Shown: one piece after another, positions 30,288 to 40,286 of the stretch
Numbering within the stretch: position 1 is the stretch's first letter
Layout: every line of letters begins with the position of its first letter
Source: an uncultured delta proteobacterium
GTDB taxonomy: Bacteria; Myxococcota_A; Polyangia; Polyangiales; B10-G4
Assembly (NCBI GenBank): GCA_963727445.1
Contig: CAVSGI010000010.1
Location: 64,001 to 128,000, forward strand
Direction: 5' to 3'
DNA: 64,000 nucleotides
Program-made: the position numbers and the translations under genes
Notes under the pieces: model-generated
Databases searched by the model: none
What the model saw: only the letters and a program-made list of their open reading frames with translations
What the model was told of the DNA's origin: nothing

Positions 30288-32482
30288 AGCATCTCCAGGA
30301 AGTAGACGAGGTCGGCCACCTCGGCGTCGCTCAGGTTCTCGGTGTCGCCGTGTCGATTCGCCGCGTCGCGATCGTGGATCACTGCCGTGAGATCTTCGGC
30401 GCGACCGTCGGTCAAGAAAGGGCCCCCGCGCGAGACGCCGATCAGCGATGGCACGTCGAGGATGGCGTCCGCGCCGAGCGCGGCGGCGCGGCCCGGGAAG
30501 AGCGAGCCGAGCGGATGCTGGCCGAGGTTGGTGAAGGCGGGCAAGGCGTGGCAGGTGGGGCAGCCGGCGCGTACGAAGACGTCGAGGCCGCGCCGCTCGC
30601 GGGGCAGATCGCGCTCGGCGTGCACACCCAGGCTCGGATTGCTCGGCAGCGCCTCCACGAACGCCTCGAGGGTGTGGGCGCGCCCGGGGGCCCGCCGGAG
30701 AAAGCCGCGGAGGAGCGTCCGCGAGAGGTGCTCGAGGTCGCGGATGCGCGGATAGCTTCCGTCGCGCAGATAGGGAGCCGTGCCCGCCACGCCGCGCACA
30801 CTCAGCGTGGGCGAAAGGCGATGCTCGCCGATGTTGCGCATCACGTGATCGGTGTCGGCGTGCAGGTGGCAGCTCTGGCAGGCGATGCCGCTCCGCGTCG
30901 ACTCGTAGAAGGTGCGCTCGCCCATCCGGCGCGCGAGCGCATGCTCGGACTCTTCGAGGAGCGCCTCGTCATCGGGCGCGAGGCGGATGAGCTCTTCGAG
31001 TGTCCCCGATGGATCGAAGAGCCCGATGCTTCCGTCCGCGGGCGAGGTGACCGCGAAGCTCCCGCCCTCGAAGGTGAATGTGGAGTGGGGCGCGGAGAGC
31101 TCCGGTGTGTCGATGATCTCGGGCCGCGGGCCGAGGCCCAGCGTCCAGACCTCCCAGGTTCCGGCGAAGGCGATCCGCGCCCAGCCCCCGAAGCCGAGCT
31201 CGATCCCCATGGGCGATCCGCCGCGGTCCACGTCGCCGCCGCTGGCCTGGCGCGACGAGCGGCGAGCGGTGAGCTCCTGGTCGACCACCGTGAAGGACGG
31301 CACGTCGATCGTCAGGAGCTGGTCCTGGACGAAGTGGTTGCCGTAGTGCGTGGAGCCATCCGCCCGGTAGTCGGTGGTGGCGATCATCGCGTGGCTTCCG
31401 TCGGGTGCGACCGCGAGGGTGACGGCGGGCCTGCCGAGCAGGAGCGTCTGCCGCCCTACGGGGGGCGGCGAGAGGTCGAAGCGCTCGAGAGTCGCGCGCT
31501 TCGTCGAGCTCACGAGGAGCGTGCGCCCGTCCCGCGCGAAGGCGAGCCAGTCCGCATCGATCGGCAGGAAGTCGCGCACCGAGCCCGCCTCCACGTCCAC
31601 CAGGAACACGCCGGGCTCTGGCCCATGGACCGCGACCGCGAGCGTTCCAGTCGCAGGCGCCGAGGCGACGCGCACCTGATGAGCGCTCAGCGGGATGCGC
31701 GCGAGGATCGTCTCGCTGAGGACGTCCACCACGAAGAGCATGTCCGTATGGCGATGCGCCACCGCGACGCGCCGATCGTCGACGAAAGCACAATCGGTGG
31801 GCGCGTCCCCGACGTCGATGCGCGCGACCAGGCCGCCCTTCTCCACCACAATCAGCTCGTCGGTCTCCTCGCTCACGGTCGCGGCGAGGCGCCTGTCCGC
31901 CGACCCGTGGAGCCAGCGCGGGTGTGGTCGGGGCTGAACGCCGACCGCGGGACGAAGGTGCGTCGCGCCATCAATCTCGAGCGCGACCTCGATGGGACCA
32001 TCGGCCGCCGGCGGCCCGTGGAGCGCGGGGTCGTAGGCGATCCGGAAGAGCCCGTGTCCGAGGGAGGTGCCGGCGGCGGGGTCCGCGCTCTCGCTCGCGC
32101 GGAAGAGGACGGTGCCGGCCGCCGGCGCGTGCACGTAGAAGGTCTGCGGGTGATCGAAGAAGACCACGGCGGGGAAGATCGAAGGGGTGTCTTCGAGCCG
32201 CCACCGGTCCTCCGCGCTCTCCGCGCTCCCCGTCAGCCCTTCGGTGTCGAGGAGGGTCTCGAAGCGCGAGGCGATGGAGACGAGGGGAAACGCCACCATC
32301 ACCGCCCCGATCCCGAGCCGTTGAAGACCCGAGAGCCCGAAGAGCGAGGGCCTGGCGATGGACAGTACGTTGACCAGGGCCCAGGCCAGGGCGTAGGCGA
32401 GCACCAGTGACCACACGGTCAGCTCGGGCATGAGCGCCCAGGCGACGAGCGTCAGGACGAGAATGGGGCCCTGGCGATGCAC
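30284..32482 (-). CDS. Membrane-anchored beta-propeller plus di-heme cytochrome c (CcP/MauG-superfamily-like) protein
   Basis: N-terminal TM segments, YVTN-like repeats (RIDVGDAP), CQSCH and CPTCH, TAPYLRDGS, PSLIGV...PFLTDG, DLVYFL. Confidence 0.8.
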   Translation of the reverse strand: MHRQGPILVLTLVAWALMPELTVWSLVLAYALAWALVNVLSIARPSLFGLSGLQRLGIGAVMVAFPLVSIASRFETLLDTEGLTGSAESAEDRWRLEDTPSIFPAVVFFDHPQTFYVHAPAAGTVLFRASESADPAAGTSLGHGLFRIAYDPALHGPPAADGPIEVALEIDGATHLRPAVGVQPRPHPRWLHGSADRRLAATVSEETDELIVVEKGGLVARIDVGDAPTDCAFVDDRRVAVAHRHTDMLFVVDVLSETILARIPLSAHQVRVASAPATGTLAVAVHGPEPGVFLVDVEAGSVRDFLPIDADWLAFARDGRTLLVSSTKRATLERFDLSPPPVGRQTLLLGRPAVTLAVAPDGSHAMIATTDYRADGSTHYGNHFVQDQLLTIDVPSFTVVDQELTARRSSRQASGGDVDRGGSPMGIELGFGGWARIAFAGTWEVWTLGLGPRPEIIDTPELSAPHSTFTFEGGSFAVTSPADGSIGLFDPSGTLEELIRLAPDDEALLEESEHALARRMGERTFYESTRSGIACQSCHLHADTDHVMRNIGEHRLSPTLSVRGVAGTAPYLRDGSYPRIRDLEHLSRTLLRGFLRRAPGRAHTLEAFVEALPSNPSLGVHAERDLPRERRGLDVFVRAGCPTCHALPAFTNLGQHPLGSLFPGRAAALGADAILDVPSLIGVSRGGPFLTDGRAEDLTAVIHDRDAANRHGDTENLSDAEVADLVYFLEML

Positions 32483-32517
32483 GACGGCAGTGTCGCACGG
32501 AGTAGGATGGCGGCGTC

Positions 32518-34333
32518 ATGGACGACAATCAGACCCTCGTGGACGACCACGGCCCCGATCCTTCGCGCGCACCGCTCACTCCATCGGTGCAGGCGCCGGT
32601 GCCCCTGACGCCGAAGCAGCGCTACACGGATCTCGGGACGCTGGGCGAGGGCGGGATGGGGACGGTGCTCCTCTGCGAAGATGTCCAAGTCGGGCGGCGC
32701 ATCGCGCTCAAGAAGCTCAAGGGGAGCCGCGGAAACAACGCATCCGCGATGGCGCGCTTCGTCCGCGAGGCGCGCGTGCAGGGCCAGCTCGAGCACCCGG
32801 CCGTGCTCCCGGTCTACGACCTCGGCGTGGACGAAGCTGGCGCCGTCTACTTCACGATGAAGCGCGTGCGCGGCCGGACGCTCGAGGAGGTGCTGTCCGA
32901 CCTGAAGACCGGCGTCGCTGCGACCACGGCCGAGTACGACCTTCACCGGCTGGTTTCGATCTTCGCCCAGCTCTGTCTGGCGGTCGACTACGCCCACCAG
33001 CACGGGGTCCTGCACCGCGACATCAAGCCCGCGAACGTGATGCTCGGCGACTTCGGCGAGGTCTACCTGGTCGATTGGGGGCTGGCCAAGCTCCTCGCGC
33101 CGACGACATCCCTCGCGAAGCGGGCGCGCGCCGACGGCCGGCCCAGCGGTGGGCAGACCGCCGCCGGAGCGCTCCTCGGCACGCCGGGATACATGTCCCC
33201 GGAACAGTGCCGCGGATGAGCGCGACCTGGGCGCGCCCTCGGACGTCTACGCCCTCGGCTCCGTGCTCTTCGACATCCTCACGCTCGTGCCGCTGCACCA
33301 GGGCTCGTTCGCGCAGATCCTCGCCTCCACCATCGCGGGCACGGAGCGCCGTCCCTCCAAGCGGGCGCCCGAGCGCGAGGTGCCGCCCGAGCTCGACGCG
33401 ATCTGCGAAAAGGCGACCGCGCGCGATCCCGCCGATCGCTTCGCCACTGCGCGCGCGCTGCACGACGCGGTGGAGGGGTGGCTCAAGGGCAAGCGGGATG
33501 CGGAGCTGCGTCGCGAGGCTTCGCGCGAGCACGCGGCGCGCGCCGGCGAGGCGGGGAGCGAGACCCTGGAGGCGCGACGCGTCGCGATGCAGGAGCTCGG
33601 GCGGGCGCTCGCCCTCGATCCCGAAAACGACCAGGCGGTGGGGATGCTCGCCGAGCTTCTGGCGACGCCGCCGAGAGAGCGGCCGGCGGCGGTCGACGAA
33701 AAGCTCCGGAGCTTCGAGCAGCAGCAGCTCGCGCGCGTCGGGCGTCTGGCGGCGCTCGCCTATGGCTCGCTCTTTCTCTTCATCCCCCTCCTCATGTGGC
33801 ACGGCGTCCGCGACGTGGCGCCCTTCGCGGCGTTCTTCGGGCTGGCCGCGGTGTGCACCGCCATGAGCGCGTACGCCTCCACCAAGCCGGAGGTCTCGAT
33901 CGACTTCGTCGGCGTGCTCATGCTGGCCAGCAGCACGATGTTCCTCTGCACGTGGCCTTTCTACGGGCCGCTGCTCCTGACGGCGCCGTCGCTCATCGCC
34001 AACGCGGTCGGGTTCACCTTGCTCTTCGCGGGCCGCTGGCGCGTGGCCACCATCGCCGTGGGCATCGTCTTCATCGCCGGGCCGATCGCGCTCGAAGCGA
34101 TGGGGATCGTCCCGGCGACCTTCGCCTTCGAAGGCGGCGCGATCACGCTCTTTCCCGGTGCGCTCGATTTTCGCGAGGTGCCCAGCCTGGTGCTGGTCAC
34201 GCTCTCGGCGACGAGCTCGCTCCTGATCGCCTGTCTCACCGCAAGCGCCGTTCGCCTCCAGCTCAAGAGCGCCGAGGAGCGCATCTACCTGACGGAGTGG
34301 CAGGTGCGCGCGATGGTGCCTTCGGGGCGTTGA
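32518..34333 (+). CDS. Ser/Thr protein kinase with a C-terminal multi-TM domain (frameshift near 33215)
   Basis: LGEGGMG, IALK, HRDIKPAN, DWG, GTPGYMSPEQ, SDVYALG; hydrophobic helices after 33740. Confidence 0.9.
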
Positions 34334-34339
34334 GCGCGC

Positions 34340-35155
34340 TCAGACAGAGTCGGAGAGGACGGGCAGGGGCTCTTCCGACGTCGTGCCTCGGAGCTCGCGG
34401 AGGAAGCGCTCGTGTCGTTCGGCGTAGAGCCGGTGATAGCGGCCCTTGAGCTTGCGGGCCTGGACGTCCTCGGCTCCGCAGTCGACCCAGGGGAGCCAGT
34501 CGAAGGTGTAGCGCATCTTCGCGTTGGGGAGCGGGACGCCTTTGGTGAGCCCCGGGTTGTCGATGCCGATGAAGAGCGGCACCAGGGGAACACCCGTCCG
34601 GCAGGCCACCTCGAAGGGGCCGCGGTGGAAGCGGAGCAGCTCGTGGGGCGGAGAGCGCGTGCCCTCGGGGAAGGCGACCACGGGTCGGCCGGCCCGAATC
34701 GCTTCGGCCATCCGCTCGAGCGCGGGCTCGTAGTCTCCCTCGTCCCCCGGCAGGCCCGGTCCCGCGATGTAATGAGTGGACTTCACCACCCACCTCAGGA
34801 TCCACCCCTTGTACCAAGCCGCCTTCACCACCGTGGTCAGCCCCTCGAGCCAGCCCAGGCAGAAGAGGACGTCAATCAGGCTCGGATGGTTGGCGATGAG
34901 GACGTAGGGACGGTCTCGTGGGACGTCGGGAGGCAGCGAAAGGGGCTGGTATTCGATGAGACCGGCGACCTTGAGCCACCACATGAAGAGGGGGTAGGCC
35001 CGCGACATCCACCGGCTGACGAAATCCCGCTGTCGCTCCCGGCTGAAGGTGAGCAGCAGGAGGAACGGAAAGAAGAGCAAGCTCGCGGTGATCCCCGCGC
35101 CGAAAAACATGACGAAGGAGAGCGCGGCGAGCGTCTTTCGCAGCCAGACCGGCAT
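34340..35155 (-). CDS. Lysophospholipid acyltransferase (PlsC family)
   Basis: IANHPSLID and AFPEGTRS motifs. Confidence 0.88.
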   Translation of the reverse strand: MPVWLRKTLAALSFVMFFGAGITASLLFFPFLLLLTFSRERQRDFVSRWMSRAYPLFMWWLKVAGLIEYQPLSLPPDVPRDRPYVLIANHPSLIDVLFCLGWLEGLTTVVKAAWYKGWILRWVVKSTHYIAGPGLPGDEGDYEPALERMAEAIRAGRPVVAFPEGTRSPPHELLRFHRGPFEVACRTGVPLVPLFIGIDNPGLTKGVPLPNAKMRYTFDWLPWVDCGAEDVQARKLKGRYHRLYAERHERFLRELRGTTSEEPLPVLSDSV

Positions 35156-35214
35156 CGACCGCCCACTCTTAGCAGGCTGTCGCCGCCTCGCCACGGGTTG
35201 CCGCTTCGGCCCAC

Positions 35215-36222
35215 ATGTGCGAGGCCTTTCGGCCGAGGACAAACGTGGAGAAGGGGACAAAGGCCTCCGAGCGGCCCGCGTGGATTCGCGAGGCCATCCT
35301 CGCCGGACAGCGCTACCACGTCCGGACCAAGAGCCCCCTGCTCCACAACGCGATCAACCTCGGGGCCACGACCGCATTGGTCCTGCTCCTGGTGGTGATC
35401 GCCTGGGCGGGGAAGGTGGTCCATCCCGCGCTCTACGTGCCGCTCGCGGCCTATGCCTTCGGCAACACCTACTTCGCCCTCTTCGTGTTGGTCGTGCACG
35501 AGGCCTCCCACGGGATGTTCTTGATCAGCAAGAACCGCCGCGCCCGCGACGCCTTCAACCGCGCGGCTGGTTGGTCGGTCGCAGTTTTCTTTGCGACGCA
35601 CTATCCGAAGCACTGGGAGGTCGGTCACCTCGAGCACCACGTGAGGCCGCTCGAGCCCAACGATCCGCAGGCGCACAACACGCTCACCGGGAAGGTTCTG
35701 CTCCGGCGCGTCCTCGCGTGCGTGTTCGTTCCCGGCTTTCTCTTTCTCGAGCGCACCGTCTTTCGAAAGAAGAAGTCCGGGGGCAAGTCGGGGAGCACCA
35801 CCTCGGCCATCGTTGGCTTCGTGGTGGTCTGGGCGATCGCGCTGACGCTCCTGACGTCGACCTGCGGGTGGGCCTCGGCGCTGGCCGCCTTTTTGGGCAT
35901 CCACGTGATCGTGGCGTTCAATCACGTCAAAGGCTCGCTCGAGCACGGCGGCGCGATCGGGCGCGAGGAGGACCCGTTTCTGCGGTCGCGCTCGACCTTC
36001 TTCCCCGGTCGCTTCTTCCTGATGCCCTTCAACATCAGCCTGCACTTCGAGCACCACCTCAATTACGGGGTCCCCTGGTACGACCTGGTCCGTTATCACC
36101 GCGATCTGCGACAGATCGTGCCCGCGAACGTTCGGCGGGACGTCTGGAACCACCACCCGCTGCTCCAACTCGCGGGCGCGCTCGGCGGCGTTCGGCCCGA
36201 AGGAGAGGCGCAGGGCGCCTGA
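35215..36222 (+). CDS. Membrane fatty-acid desaturase family protein (start may be GTG at 35245)
   Basis: His boxes HEASH, HLEHH and HFEHH with TM segments. Confidence 0.85.
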   Translation: MCEAFRPRTNVEKGTKASERPAWIREAILAGQRYHVRTKSPLLHNAINLGATTALVLLLVVIAWAGKVVHPALYVPLAAYAFGNTYFALFVLVVHEASHGMFLISKNRRARDAFNRAAGWSVAVFFATHYPKHWEVGHLEHHVRPLEPNDPQAHNTLTGKVLLRRVLACVFVPGFLFLERTVFRKKKSGGKSGSTTSAIVGFVVVWAIALTLLTSTCGWASALAAFLGIHVIVAFNHVKGSLEHGGAIGREEDPFLRSRSTFFPGRFFLMPFNISLHFEHHLNYGVPWYDLVRYHRDLRQIVPANVRRDVWNHHPLLQLAGALGGVRPEGEAQGA

Positions 36223-36303
36223 ACAGCCCCGAATTGGGGCAACAAAGCCCCGAAACCACCCAAACTCCACCCCGGCTGGCGTGTATCTTACACTGCAGGT
36301 CGA

Positions 36304-38461
36304 ATGGCTGATTTTTCCGAGAGATACCAGCTGCGCGTTCCCCTCGGAGAGACCGAGGTCGGGGCGGTCTGGGAGGCCCTCGACAACGAGGGCGGCCGCT
36401 CGGTCGTGGTCGTCGTCCTGGAAGAGGACGCCCCCGAGGATCTGAAGGCGCATTTCGAGAAGACCTACGAGGCGCTCCATGGTCTCGACTCCCCCCACCT
36501 CGTGAAGGTCTTGGACCGAGGACAGACGGACGAGGGTGGACCCTACGCGGCGATCGAGAAGCTCGAGGGGCGACCGCTGATCGCGTTCATGGACGACGCC
36601 GACGCCAAGGCGTCGATTCGCGAGGCGGTGGAGTGGTTGATGGGCGCCCTCGAGGGGCTCGAGGCCGCGCACGGTGCGGGCATCGCCCATGGCGACATGG
36701 AGCCGGGTAACGTCTTCCTCGCCGATGTCGGCGGAGAGAAGGTGCCCAAGATCATCGGTTGGGGCCTCAACCGCGCATTCATTCGCGCCGGCCTTCACGA
36801 GCCCGAGGATCCCGAGGCTGAATCGCTCTTGCGCTCCCTCGCCTTCGCGGCGCCCGAGCAGAGCGACGCCAAGCGTGGGCCGGAGGCCACCGACGATCTC
36901 TACGGCGTGGCCGCGATCCTCTACGACGCCCTGACCGGCGAGCTCCCTCATCACGGGACCAGCGTCGACGAGATCCGCGAGTCGCTTTCGTCTTCGAAGG
37001 TCGTGCCGACGCAGAAGCTCCGTCGCGAGGTCGCGGGCACGATGGCCGCGCTCGTCGATCGATGCCTTCAGAGCGAGATCAAGCGACGGCCGGGCAACGC
37101 GCAGGCGCTGCATCGCTCCCTCAAGTCGGCGTTGAGCTTCTCGTCACGCATCGCCGACCTCGATCTCGCCCACGGTCGCCGGAGCCTCACGCCTTCGGAA
37201 GAGCTGCTCGAGGAGAAGGCGAAGGCGCTCGAGGCGGGGTCGGGCTTCGCGGTACCGAAGCCCGCCGGTGGTGGCCTGAGCGCCAAGCGCTCCTCCGCCG
37301 TCGCGCAGACCACGCCCGGGATCGGCGCGCCGGCTGCGGCCGTCCCTGCGCCAGCCGTGAAGTCCGCCGCCAAGGAGGACGAGGCGACGGACGGGCCGGA
37401 AGAGGCCGAGGCCTCCGCGGAGGCGCCCGAGGAGAGCCAGGCCGAAGCTCCCGCCGCCGAGGCTGCCTCTGACGATGCCGCCGAGGCCGCAGGAGCCGAG
37501 GAAGAGGCGGAAAAGCCCGAGAAGAAGGCCCCGGTGATGCCGAAGCCGAAGGCGCCCTTCGGTCTGTCCCCGAAGGCGCCGAAGGTCCCGAAGTCGCCCA
37601 AGGCCGCCGCTTTCCCGCCCCCGGCGTCGAAGAAGATCGAGGCCGCTTCCGAAGAAGCGGAAGAAGAGCCGCCGGCGGAGGGCGAGGAGAAGCGGACTTC
37701 GGAAGAGCCTGGGCGGATTCTCGCTCGCGGACGCCGAGGAGATCGAGGCGCCGCCGCCGCCGTCGCCTCCCAAGTCGATGCCGCCGCCGGTGCCGCCGAA
37801 GAGCACCCCACCGCCGCCGCCGCCCGCGGCGCTCGCCGCCGCCGCCCCCGCCCCCGTTCTGGACGAGGTCGAGACCGAAGCCGCCGAGGAAGAAGAGGAT
37901 CCCTTCCTCGCGCCCATCGTCCCCGACGCGGACGACGTGCCGCTCGAGCCCACCATCCCCACGACCCGTCCGAACATGAAGTTGATCGGCGGGGGGATCG
38001 CGGGTGCGATCGTCATCCTGCTTCTCATCGTCGTCGCCTCGAGCGGCGGTGACGACGAGACGCCAGTCAGCGAAGCGCCCAGCTACGAGTCGTTGCCCGA
38101 CGAGACGCCCGCCGAAGCGCAGGGCGAAGAGTCCGAGACCCTGGCCGCCGAGGCCGAGGCCGAGGAGGCGCGGGCTGCGGAAGCCGCGGCGGCGGAAGAG
38201 GCGGCCGCCGCCGAGGCCGCGGCTGCGGAGGCCGAGGCCGAAGAGACCGAGACCGGAGCGCTCGAAGAAGAGGGTGCGGAGCAGGGCGAGGTCGTGGCCG
38301 AAACCGAAGAAGAGGCCGAGGTCGAGGTGGCCGCCGCAGCCCCGGTGATGCGGGCGCGGTCCGCGAGCGTCATGCGCCGTCGCACCGCCCGCATGCGGCG
38401 CGCCGCCATGATGCGCAGCGCCATGATGCGCCCCCGCGTAATCTCCGACCCCGGATTTTGA
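36304..38461 (+). CDS. Single-pass Ser/Thr pseudokinase (frameshift near 37720)
   Basis: Kinase fold (RYQL, HGDMEPGNVF, FAAPEQ, DDLYGV), Lys/Pro linker, TM GIAGAIVILLLIVVA, acidic then Met/Arg tail ending ISDPGF. Confidence 0.75.
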
Positions 38462-38465
38462 CCAA

Positions 38466-38577
38466 GCGGGGCCTTGGCCCCGCCCACACAAGGCTTGGCG
38501 CCACCGTAGCGAAGCGCGGCCCGGAGTGTGGGCGAAGCCCACGCGCCGGGCGTGCGCAGCGCAGGTGGCGCGAAGCC
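38466..38577. repeat. Hairpin plus REP-like branched palindrome between convergent genes
   Basis: gcggggcc-tt-ggccccgc (38466-38483); nested stems 38492-38577 with four GCGNAGC motifs. Confidence 0.65.
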
Positions 38578-38600
38578 GGGACTACGTGCCCTTGCTCTGC

Positions 38601-40259
38601 TCACGGCGTGCAGGTCACCGTGGCGTCTCGCGCCATCATGACCGGGTAGCCGCTGGTGTCCGCCGTGACCAGGACGTCGAAGTCCGTTGGGTGGGTCGCG
38701 AAGGCGCCGTGGAAGGGGCAGCTCCAGAAGCCCGCCACGCCGGAGAGCACCGGGTGGCTCGTGCCCACGGCGGTGCGGGTCACCGACGCGCAGGGGTTTT
38801 CGTACGAGCCGGAGATCGGCGTTCCGAAGACGGACGTCATGTTCTCGGGCGAGCCGTGGATCGCTGCGGAGTAGCCCGGTGAGTTGTAGAAGCTGCACCC
38901 GTAGGAGAAGTACAGGCTGGTCCGACCGCCGTCGGCGTTGCGCCCAAGCTCCTTGAGCCAGTTCGCTGCGGACTGGAAGAACGCGTTCGCGGCGGCGCCT
39001 CCGTGATAGTCGGGGTCACCGGCGAAGACCAGGACGCGGCCCGTGACGGCCGGGCCCCACGCGGCGATGGTGTCCTCGAGCGGGCCGAAGGTCGCGTCGA
39101 GGCTGCCGCTGCAGCTCGCGCCCCCGATCCAGATGATGTCGTACATGCCGAAGTCCGCCGTGGTGAGGGTGCGCCACATGGCCTCTGTCACCACCGTGAC
39201 CGTCGCACCCGCGCCCAAGCTGGTGGTCGCGGTCGTGCCGCCGGGGCTGTACACCAGGATCCGAGGCGTTCCGGTGTAGCAGCTGACGCCGCAGCTTCCG
39301 CCGGTGCACATGACCCCCGGGTCGCAGGTGACCCCGCAGCCGCCACAGTTGGACTCGTCGCTCGACACGTCCATCTCGCAACCGTTGGTCGGGTCCATGT
39401 CGCAGTCGGCCCAGCCGGTGTCACAGGTGAATCCACAGGCGCTGCCTGTGCAGCTCGCGGTGGCGTTGGCCGGGGCAGCGCAGGCGTTGCCGCACATGCC
39501 GCAGTTCATCGTGTCGCTGGTCACGTCGGTCTCACAGCCGGTCATCGTGTCGCCGTCGCAATCGCCGAGGCCGGCGGTGCACATCAGGCCGCACACACCC
39601 GCGCTACAGGCGCCGACACCGCCGTCTTCGTCGGGGCAGACCGTCGCGCACGCGCCACAGTTCATCGCATCGGCGGAGATGTCGACTTCGCAGCCGTTGG
39701 TCGCGTCGCCGTCACAATCGGCGTGCATGGCGTCGCAGGTGGAGCTGCATACCCCACCCATGCAGGCGGCGACGGACCCCGCGGGGACCGGACACGCCAC
39801 GGCGCAGCCGCCGCAGTTCGCCGGATCGCTCCCGGTGTCGATGCAGGCGCCCCCACAGGCGGTCTCGCCGGTCGCGCAGTCCGAGGCGCACGCGCCCCGG
39901 CTGCACACCTGACCGGAGGGGCACGCGTTGCCGCAACCGCCGCAGTTCATGGGATCGGCGTTGACGTCGATGCACGCACCGTCGCAGCTCATCTGGGTCC
40001 CCGGACAACCCGCGCCGCACACCCCGCCGCTGCAGAGCTGTCCCGGATCGCACGCGTTGCCGCAGCTGCCGCAGTTGGCCGCCGAGGTCATGAGATCGGC
40101 GCAAGCCGAGCCGCAGAGCGTCGCGGGCGCCGGGCAGCCCCCGCCGCCGGTGTCGGTCGCGCCGTCCAGAGGACCGCCGGCACGCCGGCCGCTGGCGCAG
40201 GCGGCGAGCAGCAAGAGGGCCAACGTCGCGATCCTGGCGCTACATCCGAACGAGCTCAT
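38601..40259 (-). CDS. Cys-rich repeat lipoprotein with a C-terminal globular domain
   Basis: Lipobox LAAC; repeated D..NCG.CG..C and DCDG...NGCE units typical of myxobacterial Cys-rich proteins. Confidence 0.85.
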   Translation of the reverse strand: MSSFGCSARIATLALLLLAACASGRRAGGPLDGATDTGGGGCPAPATLCGSACADLMTSAANCGSCGNACDPGQLCSGGVCGAGCPGTQMSCDGACIDVNADPMNCGGCGNACPSGQVCSRGACASDCATGETACGGACIDTGSDPANCGGCAVACPVPAGSVAACMGGVCSSTCDAMHADCDGDATNGCEVDISADAMNCGACATVCPDEDGGVGACSAGVCGLMCTAGLGDCDGDTMTGCETDVTSDTMNCGMCGNACAAPANATASCTGSACGFTCDTGWADCDMDPTNGCEMDVSSDESNCGGCGVTCDPGVMCTGGSCGVSCYTGTPRILVYSPGGTTATTSLGAGATVTVVTEAMWRTLTTADFGMYDIIWIGGASCSGSLDATFGPLEDTIAAWGPAVTGRVLVFAGDPDYHGGAAANAFFQSAANWLKELGRNADGGRTSLYFSYGCSFYNSPGYSAAIHGSPENMTSVFGTPISGSYENPCASVTRTAVGTSHPVLSGVAGFWSCPFHGAFATHPTDFDVLVTADTSGYPVMMARDATVTCTP

Positions 40260-40286
40260 CCAACACCTCTGAGAAAGAAAAGCGAC

